A program made the position numbers and the translations under genes. The notes under the pieces were generated by a model. That model saw only the letters and a program-made list of their open reading frames with translations, ran no database searches and had not been told where the DNA came from. From contig NZ_CP094965.1 in the NCBI RefSeq assembly GCF_022985615.1, positions 1 to 32,000 on the forward strand: a stretch of DNA of 32,000 nucleotides, written 5' to 3'. Shown one piece after another: positions 1 to 9,759 of this stretch (position 1 is the stretch's first letter; each line of letters starts with the position of its first letter). The DNA is from Candidatus Karelsulcia muelleri. Lineage in GTDB: Bacteria; Bacteroidota; Bacteroidia; Flavobacteriales; Blattabacteriaceae.

Positions 1-693
1 ATGATTTTCTTTTCTTCTTTTGGACGACGAACGATGAACGACTTGAATAAGCCTCTTGGGTTTTTCCAAGATTCTATTTTCCAAGATTATAAATTCTTAG
101 ATAGGCTCCAAAAAGAAATATTGGATATAAAAATGAAAGATTTTAATAAAAAATATAATTTTATTATTTGTGCTGAACATAATCATGTTTATACTATTGG
201 TAGAAATAGTAAATTTACTAATTTATTAATGTTTTCTAACACATATAAAACAATACCAATATTAAAAGTAGATAGAGGTGGAGATGTTACTTATCATGGA
301 TCTGGACAACTGGTCTGTTATTTGATTTTAGATCTTTTTTTATTTAATTATGATATTAATCTTTTATTACGTTTTATTGAAAATATTATTATTTATATTT
401 TATTAAAATATAAAATCCTTAGCTTTAGAATCATCAATCAAGCTGGAATCTTTGATTACTGTCATTTTAAAAAAATATGTTCTATTGGTCTTAAAATAAG
501 AAATTATATTACTAGGCATGGATTTTCTTTAAATATTAATAATAATTTAAATTATTATAATTATATTAGACCATGTGGTATTAATAAATATGGAATAACA
601 TCACTTTATACAGAAAATAATTTTTCTTTTTATATAAAAATTAAATCTTTATTAAATAATATACTTTCTTCTTTTTTTAATTTAATTTATTAA
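1..693 (+). CDS. lipB: Octanoyltransferase (lipoyl(octanoyl) transferase) LipB
   Basis: 230-aa ORF with LipB-like blocks EHNHVYTIGRNS, KVDRGGDVTYHGSGQLVCY, KICSIGLKI..RHGFSLN and RPCGI. There is an ATG at 1 and an alternative ATG at 34. An in-frame 15-bp duplication lies at 62-91 (FQDSI/FQDYK). Confidence 0.85.
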   Translation: MIFFSSFGRRTMNDLNKPLGFFQDSIFQDYKFLDRLQKEILDIKMKDFNKKYNFIICAEHNHVYTIGRNSKFTNLLMFSNTYKTIPILKVDRGGDVTYHGSGQLVCYLILDLFLFNYDINLLLRFIENIIIYILLKYKILSFRIINQAGIFDYCHFKKICSIGLKIRNYITRHGFSLNINNNLNYYNYIRPCGINKYGITSLYTENNFSFYIKIKSLLNNILSSFFNLIY

Positions 694-724
694 TTTTCAT
701 ATAAAAATATATGAAGTTTATAAG

Positions 725-3319
725 TTGATGAATTCAATAAAAAATTCAATAAAAATAGAAAAAGAATATAATTTTATTAAAAATGATAAAATCATATACA
801 ATTACTGGGAAAAAAATAAATACTTTAATTCTCTTCCTGATAATCGTTTATCTTATGTAGTTATAATGCCACCACCTAATATTACTGGTGTACTTCATAT
901 GGGACATATATTAAACAATACAATACAAGACGTATTAACAAGAAAAGCACGATTAGAAGGCTTTAATACCTGTTGGGTCCCAGGACTAGATCATGCTTCA
1001 ATAGCTACAGAACATAAACTAATAACTGAATTAAAAAAAAAAGGAATATCTAAAGAAAAAATAGGTCTTAAAAGATTTTTAAAAATAGCAACTAAATGGA
1101 AAATAAAATATAGTAAAACTATTATTAAACAATTAAAAAAAATTGGCTGTTCTTGTGATTGGCAAAGATTAAAATTTTCTCTAGATGATAATTTCTCTAA
1201 ATCAGTAAATAAAATTTTTATAACCTTATATAAGGATGGATACTTATATAAAAAGTATGGAATAGTTAATTGGGATACTAAAACTCAAACAGCTCTTTCA
1301 AATGAAGAAATTCAGTATAAAATGTGTCGAGTAAAATTGTATTATATAAAATATCATATCCAAAATGATAATAATTATATTATAGTAGCTACAAGAAGAC
1401 CTGAAACTATTTTCGCTGATACTGCTTTATGTGTTAATCCAACTGATAAAAGATATCTAAAATATATAAATAAAAAAGTAATAGTACCAATTTCTTCTAA
1501 AGAAATTCCTATTATAGCAGATAATTATGTAGATAAAAAATTTGGTTCTGGATGTGTAAAAATCACTCCAGCTCATGATTACAATGATAAATTAATTGCT
1601 GAAAGGCATAACTTAGAAATTATTAATTTGATTGATAAAAATGGAAAACTTAATAAGTCTGGATTAGATTTTGCTGGTAAAAGTGTAAAAAAGGCTCGAA
1701 TAAAAATTATAGAGTTCTTAAAAAAAAAGAATTATTTACTTAAAATTAAAGAATATAATTCACAAATTGGTTATTCAGAAAGATCTAATACTGAAGTAGA
1801 ACAATTATTATCTTCTCAATGGTTTTTAAAAATGAATTTATTAGTTAAAAAAGCTTTACATAATATTCATCAAAAAGATATAATCAAATTATATCCTAAA
1901 AAAATTAAAAAGAAAATAAAAGATTGGTTTATCAATCTTAAAGATTGGAATATTTCTAGACAATTATGGTGGGGACATAGAATTCCTGAATGTTGTAAAA
2001 CCGATAAAAAAGTTGAGGTATTAGACACTTGGTTTTCTGCTTGGATTTGGCCAATAGTAATTTTTAATGGAATAATGAATAATAATTATAATAATAATAA
2101 TAATTATAATAATAATAATAATTATGAATTACAATATTATTATCCTATTACAGAATTAGTTACTGGTGATGATATTTTATTTTTTTGGGTTATAAGAATG
2201 ATCATTGCTGGTTTTTTTTTTATTAAAAAAAAACCTTTTAAGAATATTTATTTTAATGGAATAGTCAAAGATAGTAATAGATTAAAAATGTCTAAATCTT
2301 TAGGTAATTCTCCTAATATAAATAAAATTTTTAATAAATATGGAGCAGATTCGGTTAGATGTGGAATTTTGATTATGGCACCTATTGGGAAAGATATGGT
2401 ATTTAATCCTGAGACTTTCTTAATAGGAAACAAGATTAAAAATAAAATTTGGAATGCTTTTAAGTTAATACTTACATTTAATATAACTCCCCAAAAAAAT
2501 AATATAGAAATTAATAATTATCTTTTTTCATGGATAAAAAATAAATTCTATTTATTAGTAAAACTAATAAATAAATTATTTAAAAAATATAAACTTAGCA
2601 AAGTATTAATTATAATTTCTACTTTTTTTAAGAAAGATTTTTGTTCACTTTTTTTAGAAAGTACCAAAAGAGTTAATTCATATAAATTAACATATTCTTT
2701 TTTAAAAAAAATATCTAAATTATTTAGAAATATACTAATTATTTTCCATCCTTTTATTCCCTTTATGACTGAATATATTTGGAGTATATTAAAACTTAAA
2801 AATAATATTTTCCATAATAAAAAACCTTTATTAATTCAAAAATGGCCTACTGAAAAAAAGTTAAATATAAATATACTTAATGAATTTAAAAGAATTAATA
2901 AAATTATTTTACAAATAAGAAAATTTAGAGAGATATATAAAGTATCAAAAAAACTAAAACTTTTAGTTGTTTGTAAGAAAAAATACAATAAAATTAAAAA
3001 CAATATTTTAATTTTATTAGGTAATCTAAAAAGTATTAAATGTTTAAAAAAAAATAAGAATTCTAATAAATATTATACTTTTATATTAGATGATGAAATA
3101 TATTTAATTAAAAGACCTAAAGAAATATTTGATAGAAAAAAAATAAAACATGAATTATCATATTATAAAAATTACTTAGATAAGATTATTTTAAAGTTAA
3201 AAAATTCAAGCTTTTTGAAAAAAGCCCCCCAAAAAATCATAAATTTAGAAAAACAAAAAAAAAGGTATTGTCTTAATAAGATTAATTTATTAAAATTTAA
3301 CCTGACAAGTATTAAGTAA
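725..3319 (+). CDS. valS: Valyl-tRNA synthetase
   Basis: 864-aa ORF with the class I HIGH region (PPPNITGVLHMGHILN), KMSKS (LKMSKSLGN) and the DTWFSAW block. TTG at 725 is followed immediately by ATG at 728. Confidence 0.95.
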   Translation: MMNSIKNSIKIEKEYNFIKNDKIIYNYWEKNKYFNSLPDNRLSYVVIMPPPNITGVLHMGHILNNTIQDVLTRKARLEGFNTCWVPGLDHASIATEHKLITELKKKGISKEKIGLKRFLKIATKWKIKYSKTIIKQLKKIGCSCDWQRLKFSLDDNFSKSVNKIFITLYKDGYLYKKYGIVNWDTKTQTALSNEEIQYKMCRVKLYYIKYHIQNDNNYIIVATRRPETIFADTALCVNPTDKRYLKYINKKVIVPISSKEIPIIADNYVDKKFGSGCVKITPAHDYNDKLIAERHNLEIINLIDKNGKLNKSGLDFAGKSVKKARIKIIEFLKKKNYLLKIKEYNSQIGYSERSNTEVEQLLSSQWFLKMNLLVKKALHNIHQKDIIKLYPKKIKKKIKDWFINLKDWNISRQLWWGHRIPECCKTDKKVEVLDTWFSAWIWPIVIFNGIMNNNYNNNNNYNNNNNYELQYYYPITELVTGDDILFFWVIRMIIAGFFFIKKKPFKNIYFNGIVKDSNRLKMSKSLGNSPNINKIFNKYGADSVRCGILIMAPIGKDMVFNPETFLIGNKIKNKIWNAFKLILTFNITPQKNNIEINNYLFSWIKNKFYLLVKLINKLFKKYKLSKVLIIISTFFKKDFCSLFLESTKRVNSYKLTYSFLKKISKLFRNILIIFHPFIPFMTEYIWSILKLKNNIFHNKKPLLIQKWPTEKKLNINILNEFKRINKIILQIRKFREIYKVSKKLKLLVVCKKKYNKIKNNILILLGNLKSIKCLKKNKNSNKYYTFILDDEIYLIKRPKEIFDRKKIKHELSYYKNYLDKIILKLKNSSFLKKAPQKIINLEKQKKRYCLNKINLLKFNLTSIK
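2081..2125. repeat. In-frame 18-bp tandem repeat (aataattataataataat, about 2.5 copies) inside valS, encoding an N/Y run
   Basis: Direct reading: 2081-2098 equals 2099-2116, with a partial third copy. It translates as NNYNNNNNYNNNNNY. Confidence 0.9.
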
Positions 3320-3466
3320 TTAAGTATTAAGTTATAAAATAATTAAGTGATAATACTAATACTAAGAAAGTGATAGTGATAATACTAAGAAAGTGATAAT
3401 ACTAATACTAAGACTAAGACTAAGAATGCATAATAAAAACTAAGACTAAGAATGCATAATAAAAAC
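3307..3466. repeat. Nested tandem repeats filling the valS-rsfS spacer: 15-bp x2, about 23-bp x3, 26-bp x2
   Basis: aagtattaagt occurs at 3307 and 3322 and includes the valS stop. gtgata(a/g)t..actaagaaa units start at 3347, 3370 and 3393. There is a perfect 26-bp duplicate at 3415-3440 and 3441-3466. Confidence 0.9.
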
Positions 3467-3784
3467 TTTTTATTAAAATCTATATTGGAAATAATGGAAA
3501 AAAATTCTGGAGAAGAAATTACTTTATTAAATTTTTATAAAAAAAAAAACAGAATATATGATTATTTTATAATTTGTAATGGTAGATCGAATAAACATGT
3601 TTTTTCACTTTATGAAAAAATAAAAGAAAATACATCTCCCAGTCATACAGAAGGGATAAGAAAAAGTAAATGGATATTAATGGATTATATAAATATAATA
3701 GTACATATTTTTTTAAAAGAAATAAGAAATTATTATCAAATTGAAAAAATCTATCAAGGGCTTCATATTTTATCTTATGAATAA
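3452..3784 (+). CDS. rsfS: Ribosome silencing factor RsfS (iojap-like)
   Basis: 110-aa ORF with DYFIICNGRSNKHV...EG...WILMDYINIIVHIF..E.R.YY.IE..Y, the typical RsfS/DUF143 pattern. Confidence 0.85.
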   Translation: MHNKNFLLKSILEIMEKNSGEEITLLNFYKKKNRIYDYFIICNGRSNKHVFSLYEKIKENTSPSHTEGIRKSKWILMDYINIIVHIFLKEIRNYYQIEKIYQGLHILSYE

Positions 3785-4152
3785 AAAAATGTTTTATGAG
3801 GTGTACTATTTATAATTATATTAATAAAATATATTACTTAGAATAAAATATATAAAATAAAAACCTTATTACTTAAAAATAAAAATAATAAGGTATATAA
3901 AAACGACCAATCATATTAAAATAGGAGATTTTATGTTTTTTAGTCAAAAACTATAATATTATGAAAATATAAATTATCTAAGATTCTAAAAAAGAATATA
4001 TATAAATATTGTATAATAATAAAGATATTTTAGAAAATCAAATATCAAATAAGATTTTCTAAAATAATATTTTCTGATTTATGATTTATAAGATTTAGAA
4101 AAAATATTAGTAAAAAAATTAATCCTAGTAATAAGATGGAATTTTTAAAAAA

Positions 4153-5262
4153 ATGAATTTTTCAATAAATTGTCATTATTTATTTAAAAGTTTAAAGTCA
4201 ATTTATAGTGTTATTAATCAAAATCATCATATCTCTATATTTACTTGTTTTATTTTAAATGTTAAAAATAATATGTTAAAAATTAAAGCCTCAGATTCAG
4301 AAATTTCTATTAAAACTACGTTAAAAGTATTTAGTAAACAAAAAGGGAAAGCAGCAGTTCCGGCTAAATTATTAATGGATATATTAAAACATATACCTGA
4401 ACAGCCATTAAAAATAAAAAAAAGAAATTTTAATCAAATAAGAATTATTTCATTTAAAGGAAATTACGATATATCTCTTTTAAATCACGAACTTTTTCCA
4501 AAATATAAGAAAATAAAAAGAACACAAGTTTGTGTTCTTAACAAAAAAACAATAATAAATATTATTGATAACACTTTATTTGCTGTAGGTAATGATGATC
4601 TTAGACCAGTAATTAATGGTGTTTGTTTTGAAATAAAGAAAAAAAAAGGTATTTTTGTTGCAACAAATAATAATATATTAGCAAAATATTCTATTAATAG
4701 TATTAATACTAAAGCAGAAATGAAGTTTATAATTCCTAAAAAAACTTTATTAGTCTTAAAAAAAAACTTTAACAATAAAACCAATATAATTAAAATTCAA
4801 TATAATAAATATAATACATATTTTATATTTACTAATAATATAATTATTACATCTTTAATTAAAGGAAAATTTCCAAATTATAAGAAAATACTGCCACTAT
4901 ATAATAAAAAGAACAAATTAAGAATTGCTATGAAAGAATTTAAAACTTCAATTAAAAGAATTAATTTATTTTCTAACAAAATAGATAATAAAATAAATTT
5001 TAGTTTATCTAAAAACAAATCTATAATATATGCAGAAAATAAAGATTCAAGTAATAAGGGGTATGAAGAATTAGTTTGTAAATATTTTGGAGAAAATTTA
5101 GAAATTAGTTTCAAATATAATGATTTAATAGAAGGATTATATAATTTAAAATGCGAAGAAATTGAAATAAAACTTCAAGAAAGATATAGTCCAGCATTAA
5201 TAAGGCCAATATCTTCTTTGGAAACAGAAAAGAGTTTTCGCTTAATTGTTCCTTTAAGTTAA
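4153..5262 (+). CDS. dnaN: DNA polymerase III beta sliding clamp
   Basis: 369-aa ORF with three-domain clamp length. Blocks include DLRPVINGVCFE, KFPNYKKILP and a C-terminal PALIRP...RLIVPL. Confidence 0.9.
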   Translation: MNFSINCHYLFKSLKSIYSVINQNHHISIFTCFILNVKNNMLKIKASDSEISIKTTLKVFSKQKGKAAVPAKLLMDILKHIPEQPLKIKKRNFNQIRIISFKGNYDISLLNHELFPKYKKIKRTQVCVLNKKTIINIIDNTLFAVGNDDLRPVINGVCFEIKKKKGIFVATNNNILAKYSINSINTKAEMKFIIPKKTLLVLKKNFNNKTNIIKIQYNKYNTYFIFTNNIIITSLIKGKFPNYKKILPLYNKKNKLRIAMKEFKTSIKRINLFSNKIDNKINFSLSKNKSIIYAENKDSSNKGYEELVCKYFGENLEISFKYNDLIEGLYNLKCEEIEIKLQERYSPALIRPISSLETEKSFRLIVPLS

Positions 5263-5308
5263 AAGATATATTTATAGTTGCTAATATAACAAAAATATAA
5301 TTCATTAA

Positions 5309-6430
5309 ATGAATTTTGAAAGAGGTGAAAGTAGTCTTTTTGTAATAAAGAAGAAAAATGAAGATTTAAAAAATCAAATTAAATCAAAAGAAAAAATAAA
5401 AATTATAAAATTATATAGTTATACTATCCCTAAATTAGAAAAATATGATCTTAAAAAAGGAAGAATATTAAAAATAAAAGCTAAGATAATACTAATTGAT
5501 ATCGGGTTTAAATATGATTGTATATTATCAAAAAAGGAATTACAAATACTAAAAATTAATCCTAGAATTAACGAATTAATAGATGTAATTGTAGAAAAAT
5601 TAGATTATAAAGGTAAATGTTTTTTATCCTATATAAAAGCCAATAAAATTAAATCATGGAATCGCATAAAGACTGCATATAGAAAAAATGAACTAGTATC
5701 TTTTTTAGTATTATCTAGAACAAAAGGAGGACTGATTGTATCATTATATAATATAGACTGTTTTTTACCTGGCTCCCAAATAGAATATAAAAAAGTTACC
5801 AATTTTGATTATTATGTAGGGAAAATATTGATAGGGAAAATAGTAAAAATTAATAAAACCACTAAAAATATTGTAGTTTCTCATAAGATAATTATAGAAA
5901 AACAAAATATAAAAAGAAAAGCTTTAATTATTAGTAATTTAAATAAAGGAATAATAGTTGAAGGAGTAGTAAAAAATATAACCAATTATGGAGGTTTCGT
6001 TGATTTAGGATGTAGTTTAGATGGATTATGTCATATATCAGATATAAGTTGGAAGCGTATTAAACATCCAGTAGAAAAAATAAATTTGGGAGAAAGAAGA
6101 AATTTTTTAATCTTATCAGTAGATAGACATAGAAAAAGAGTACAATTAGGTATTAAACAAATGATAATTGATAATTGGAAAAGTGTGATAAAAAAGATTT
6201 TTGTTTCTGGAAAAATAATAAAAGGAAAAATTAACTTTTTAATAAATTTTGGTATTTTAGTAGAAATATACCCATGTTTTGAAGGTTTATTACACAAAAA
6301 AGAGGAATTTAAATTCCATTATAAAATATACCCGAAAAAAATGTTTAAAATTGGGAATGTAATAAATATATTAATATTAGGTTCAAAATTAAAACATAAA
6401 AAAATTTATTTTAGTTTTAAGATTATTTAA
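5309..6430 (+). CDS. rpsA: 30S ribosomal protein S1 (shortened, about 4 S1 domains)
   Basis: 373-aa ORF with repeated S1-domain patterns, for example G.IVEGVVKNITNYGGFVDLG..DGLCHISDISW. It is shorter than the usual 550-600 aa. Confidence 0.85.
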   Translation: MNFERGESSLFVIKKKNEDLKNQIKSKEKIKIIKLYSYTIPKLEKYDLKKGRILKIKAKIILIDIGFKYDCILSKKELQILKINPRINELIDVIVEKLDYKGKCFLSYIKANKIKSWNRIKTAYRKNELVSFLVLSRTKGGLIVSLYNIDCFLPGSQIEYKKVTNFDYYVGKILIGKIVKINKTTKNIVVSHKIIIEKQNIKRKALIISNLNKGIIVEGVVKNITNYGGFVDLGCSLDGLCHISDISWKRIKHPVEKINLGERRNFLILSVDRHRKRVQLGIKQMIIDNWKSVIKKIFVSGKIIKGKINFLINFGILVEIYPCFEGLLHKKEEFKFHYKIYPKKMFKIGNVINILILGSKLKHKKIYFSFKII

Positions 6431-6445
6431 AAAAAGACGTCTAGA

Positions 6446-6483
6446 AATTAATAGTATAGCAGATAATTAATAGTATAGCAGAT
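6446..6483. repeat. 19-bp tandem duplicate (aattaatagtatagcagat x2) in the rpsA/rho convergent spacer
   Basis: Direct reading: 6446-6464 equals 6465-6483. The second copy abuts the rho stop codon. Confidence 0.9.
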
Positions 6484-7664
6484 TAATTTTTTATTTTTTT
6501 ATACATCAATTTTATAAAATCATCATTATTAGCTGTCTGTCGAAGATTTTCTCTAATATTCTTAATAGCATCTGAAGGAGACCGAGCAGTTAAAAAAAGG
6601 TTTCTTTTTATAATCCAAACTGCTTCTAAAGTCTTTAAATCAATTAACAAATTATCTTTCCGAGTACTAGATTTTAATAAATTAATCGCTGGAAATATTC
6701 TTTTATTAGCAATTTTTCGATCTAATTGTAGTTCTAGATTACCTGTTCCCTTAAATTCTTCAAAAATTATTTCATCCATTTTGGAACCAGTTTTTATTAT
6801 TGCAGTAGCTAAGATTGATAATGATCCACCACCTTCAATATTTCTAGCAGCTCCAAAAAATTTTTTGGGTTTATGTAGAGCTTTAGCTTCTACTCCTCCT
6901 GATAAGACCTTTCCAGAAGATGGTGTTAGGGTATTATATGCCCTAGCTAATCTAGTAATGGAATCTAATAATAAAACCACATCATGTCCACATTCAACTA
7001 ATCTTTTAGATTTATTTAAAACTAAATTAGCAATTTTAACATGTTTTTGGTAAGGTTCATCGAAAGTGGAAGAAATAACTTCACAATTAACATTTCTTTT
7101 AATATCAGTTACTTCTTCTGGTCTTTCATCTATTAAAAGAATTATTAAATATACTTCCGGATGATTAAATGAGATAGTATTAGCTATCTCTTTTAATAAA
7201 GTAGTCTTACCTGTTTTAGGTGGAGCAACAATCATTCCTCTTTGTCCTTTTCCAATTGGGACAAAAAGATCAATTATTCTAGTTGAATAAGTACTTAATC
7301 TCCCAGAAATTTTAAATTTTTCATTAGGATATAAAGGGGTTAAAAATTTAAAAGATACTCTATTAATTAATAATAAAGGCTTCCTTCCATTTATTCGGAA
7401 AATTCTTTTTAAAGAAAAATATCTTTCCCATTTTTTTGGAAATCTGATTAATCCTTTTATTGTATCGCCATTTTTTAAATAAAAAGACTTAATTTGTGTA
7501 TAAGTTATGTATACATCCTCATTAGAAGATAAATAATTAAACTTAGAAGATCTCAAAAAACCAAAGTTTTTATTTACTATTTCTAATACTCCTTCACAAA
7601 CTATCAAATTTCTTTTGATTCTATATTTTCTTTTTTTTTTATTTGGGTATTTTAACAAGTTCAA
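6483..7664 (-). CDS. rho: Transcription termination factor Rho
   Basis: 393-aa ORF with Walker A (PPKTGKTTLLKEIA), VLLLDSITRLARAYN and a Rho N-terminal RNA-binding region (GVLEI...FGFLR). Confidence 0.95.
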   Translation of the reverse strand: MNLLKYPNKKKRKYRIKRNLIVCEGVLEIVNKNFGFLRSSKFNYLSSNEDVYITYTQIKSFYLKNGDTIKGLIRFPKKWERYFSLKRIFRINGRKPLLLINRVSFKFLTPLYPNEKFKISGRLSTYSTRIIDLFVPIGKGQRGMIVAPPKTGKTTLLKEIANTISFNHPEVYLIILLIDERPEEVTDIKRNVNCEVISSTFDEPYQKHVKIANLVLNKSKRLVECGHDVVLLLDSITRLARAYNTLTPSSGKVLSGGVEAKALHKPKKFFGAARNIEGGGSLSILATAIIKTGSKMDEIIFEEFKGTGNLELQLDRKIANKRIFPAINLLKSSTRKDNLLIDLKTLEAVWIIKRNLFLTARSPSDAIKNIRENLRQTANNDDFIKLMYKKIKN

Positions 7665-7916
7665 TCTATTTATTTTATATAAAATTTGTTAAGATTATAT
7701 AAATATAATATATAATTATTCTTAGAATTATAATTATTATTCTTATAATTATTATAATTATAATTCTAATTATTATAATAGAATAGAATTATTAGAATTA
7801 TTATAATAGAATTAGAAAGAATTAGAATTCTCATATAATAATAATAATCTAATAATCTCCTAATCTAATCTCCTAATCTCCTAATCTAATCTCATAATAT
7901 AATATCATATCATAAT
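7665..7916. repeat. Low-complexity repeat spacer between divergent rho and prfA (ataattataatt / ttattctta / aatctcct motifs)
   Basis: Direct reading. aatctcctaatct motifs recur at 7851-7895, and ataattataattctaatta motifs are shared with 12330-12365. Confidence 0.75.
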
Positions 7917-8978
7917 ATGAATATCAAAACTTTAAAAAAAGTAAAAAAAATAAAAATCGAAATTAAAAAAAATAATGAATCTTTTTTATTGAACAATAAT
8001 TATAAAAAAAAGAATAAATATCTCTTTATTTTAAAAAGATATAAATTATATAATAATATAATGGATATATATAAACAATATAAAACTCAGAAAAATGATA
8101 TATTAGATTTAATAGAATTAGCTAGCGAATCTCAAGATGAACAATTATTAAAATCAATTAATTTAGAAATTAGTCTTTTAATTGAAAAAATAAAGAAGTC
8201 TTTAAAAAAAATAAAGAAGTCTTTAAAAGAAAAAGAAATAAATAAGAATAGTGCAATTATAGAGTTAAGAGCTGGAACAGGTGGAAATGAGGCATGTATA
8301 TTTGTTGAAGAAATTTTGAGGATGTATACTATGTATTTTAAAGAAGTTTCATGGAAATTTAAACTCTTAAATTATACCACTAATAGTTATAAAGGTTATA
8401 AAGAAGTTATAATTAAAATATATGGTAAAAATGTATATAATATTTTAAAATACGAATCTGGAGTACACCGTGTTCAAAGAATACCGGAAACTGAAGCCCA
8501 AGGTAGACTACATACTTCTGCTATTACTGTTGCAGTTTTACCAGAAATAAATAAAAAAATTAATATTTATCTTAATCCAGAAGAAATAAAAAGAGAGTCT
8601 TTTAGATCAAAAGGTGCTGGTGGACAAAATGTCAATAAAACTGAAACCGCAATTAGATTAACTCATTTACCAACTGGTATAATTGCCGAATGTCAAGAAG
8701 AACGTTCACAACATAAAAATTTAGAAAAAGCTATGAAAGTGTTAAAAGATAGAATCTTCAACTTAAAAATAAGTAAACAAATAAAAAAAATTTATACTAA
8801 AAGAAAACTTTTAATTTCTACTGGAGATAGATCGGTAAAAATTAGGACTTATAATTTTCATAAAGGTAGGGTAACAGATCACAGACTTAAAAAATCTTTT
8901 TATAATTTAGAAGAATTTATGAATGGAAAAATAGAAAATTTAATAAATTCGTTTAAATACTTAAAAAAAAAAGATTAA
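7917..8978 (+). CDS. prfA: Peptide chain release factor 1
   Basis: 353-aa ORF with the GGQ motif (RSKGAGGQNVNKTETAIRLTHLPTGI) and a PxT-type tripeptide context (RVQRIPETEAQGRLHTSA). Confidence 0.92.
   Translation: MNIKTLKKVKKIKIEIKKNNESFLLNNNYKKKNKYLFILKRYKLYNNIMDIYKQYKTQKNDILDLIELASESQDEQLLKSINLEISLLIEKIKKSLKKIKKSLKEKEINKNSAIIELRAGTGGNEACIFVEEILRMYTMYFKEVSWKFKLLNYTTNSYKGYKEVIIKIYGKNVYNILKYESGVHRVQRIPETEAQGRLHTSAITVAVLPEINKKINIYLNPEEIKRESFRSKGAGGQNVNKTETAIRLTHLPTGIIAECQEERSQHKNLEKAMKVLKDRIFNLKISKQIKKIYTKRKLLISTGDRSVKIRTYNFHKGRVTDHRLKKSFYNLEEFMNGKIENLINSFKYLKKKD
8187..8228. repeat. In-frame 21-bp tandem duplicate inside prfA (KIKKSLK x2)
   Basis: Direct reading: 8187-8207 equals 8208-8228. 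Confidence 0.9.
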
Positions 8979-8983
8979 AAAGT

Positions 8984-9745
8984 ATGAAATCTGCTAAAAC
9001 TGCTAAAAACTTAGGACAGATTTTTTTGAGAGATAATAATATAGCAAAAAAAATAGTAAATGCTCTCTATTACAAAAAGACTAAAAAATCCATCAATGTG
9101 ATTGAGGTAGGACCAGGAAAAGGAATATTGACACAATATTTATTAGACTCAAATTTATTAATAATCGAAATAGATAGTCTATATGTTAATTTATTAAGGA
9201 AGAAATTTCCAAATTTAAAAAAAAGAATACTAAATGTAGATTTTCTAAAATTTAATCCATTGGATTTTAATTTGACCAATTTTATAATAATAGGAAATTT
9301 TCCATATAGTATATCTTCTCAAATATTATTTTATATACTTAAATATAAAGATTTTATATCAGAATGCATAGGAATGTTTCCTAAAAAAATAGGGGAGAGA
9401 ATAGTAAATAAAAAAAATCTAAGTGGATTAACAATTTTAATAAAAAGCTATTTTAAAACGAAATATCTATTTACAGTAAATAACTCAGTTTTTAGTCCTA
9501 AACCAAAAATAAAATCTGCTGTTATTAAAATAATAAAAAGAGAAAATAAAAAAAATATAAATTATTCTATTCTTCACAAAGTCGTAAAAACAGCCTTTAA
9601 CCAAAGAAGAAAAAAATTAAAAAATTCTTTGAAATATATCTTATTTCAAAAAAACTTTAGGAATAATCCCATTTTTCAAAAAAGAGTAGAACAATTGTCA
9701 GTAAAAGATTTTACTTATATTAGTAGAAAAGTAATTAGAAAATGA
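8984..9745 (+). CDS. rsmA: 16S rRNA (adenine1518/1519-N6)-dimethyltransferase
   Basis: 253-aa ORF with GQIFL.D, a SAM-binding VIEVGPGKGILT block and IIGNFPYSISS. It ends in TGA. Confidence 0.9.
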   Translation: MKSAKTAKNLGQIFLRDNNIAKKIVNALYYKKTKKSINVIEVGPGKGILTQYLLDSNLLIIEIDSLYVNLLRKKFPNLKKRILNVDFLKFNPLDFNLTNFIIIGNFPYSISSQILFYILKYKDFISECIGMFPKKIGERIVNKKNLSGLTILIKSYFKTKYLFTVNNSVFSPKPKIKSAVIKIIKRENKKNINYSILHKVVKTAFNQRRKKLKNSLKYILFQKNFRNNPIFQKRVEQLSVKDFTYISRKVIRK

Positions 9746-9759
9746 TCTTGATCTTATCT

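Noticed and set aside
3785-4152. The dnaN-upstream gap considered as a DnaA-dependent oriC
   Set aside because: No TTATCCACA-like boxes are visible on either strand and no dnaA is present in the window. An origin cannot be assigned from this window alone.
7639-7654. An exact 16-17-mer (ttatttgggtatttta) shared between the rho 5' end and the region after tRNA-Ser (22459-22474)
   Set aside because: At this base composition, tens of exact 16-mer matches are expected by chance within 32 kb. One copy is coding (the Rho N-terminus) and there is no flanking similarity.
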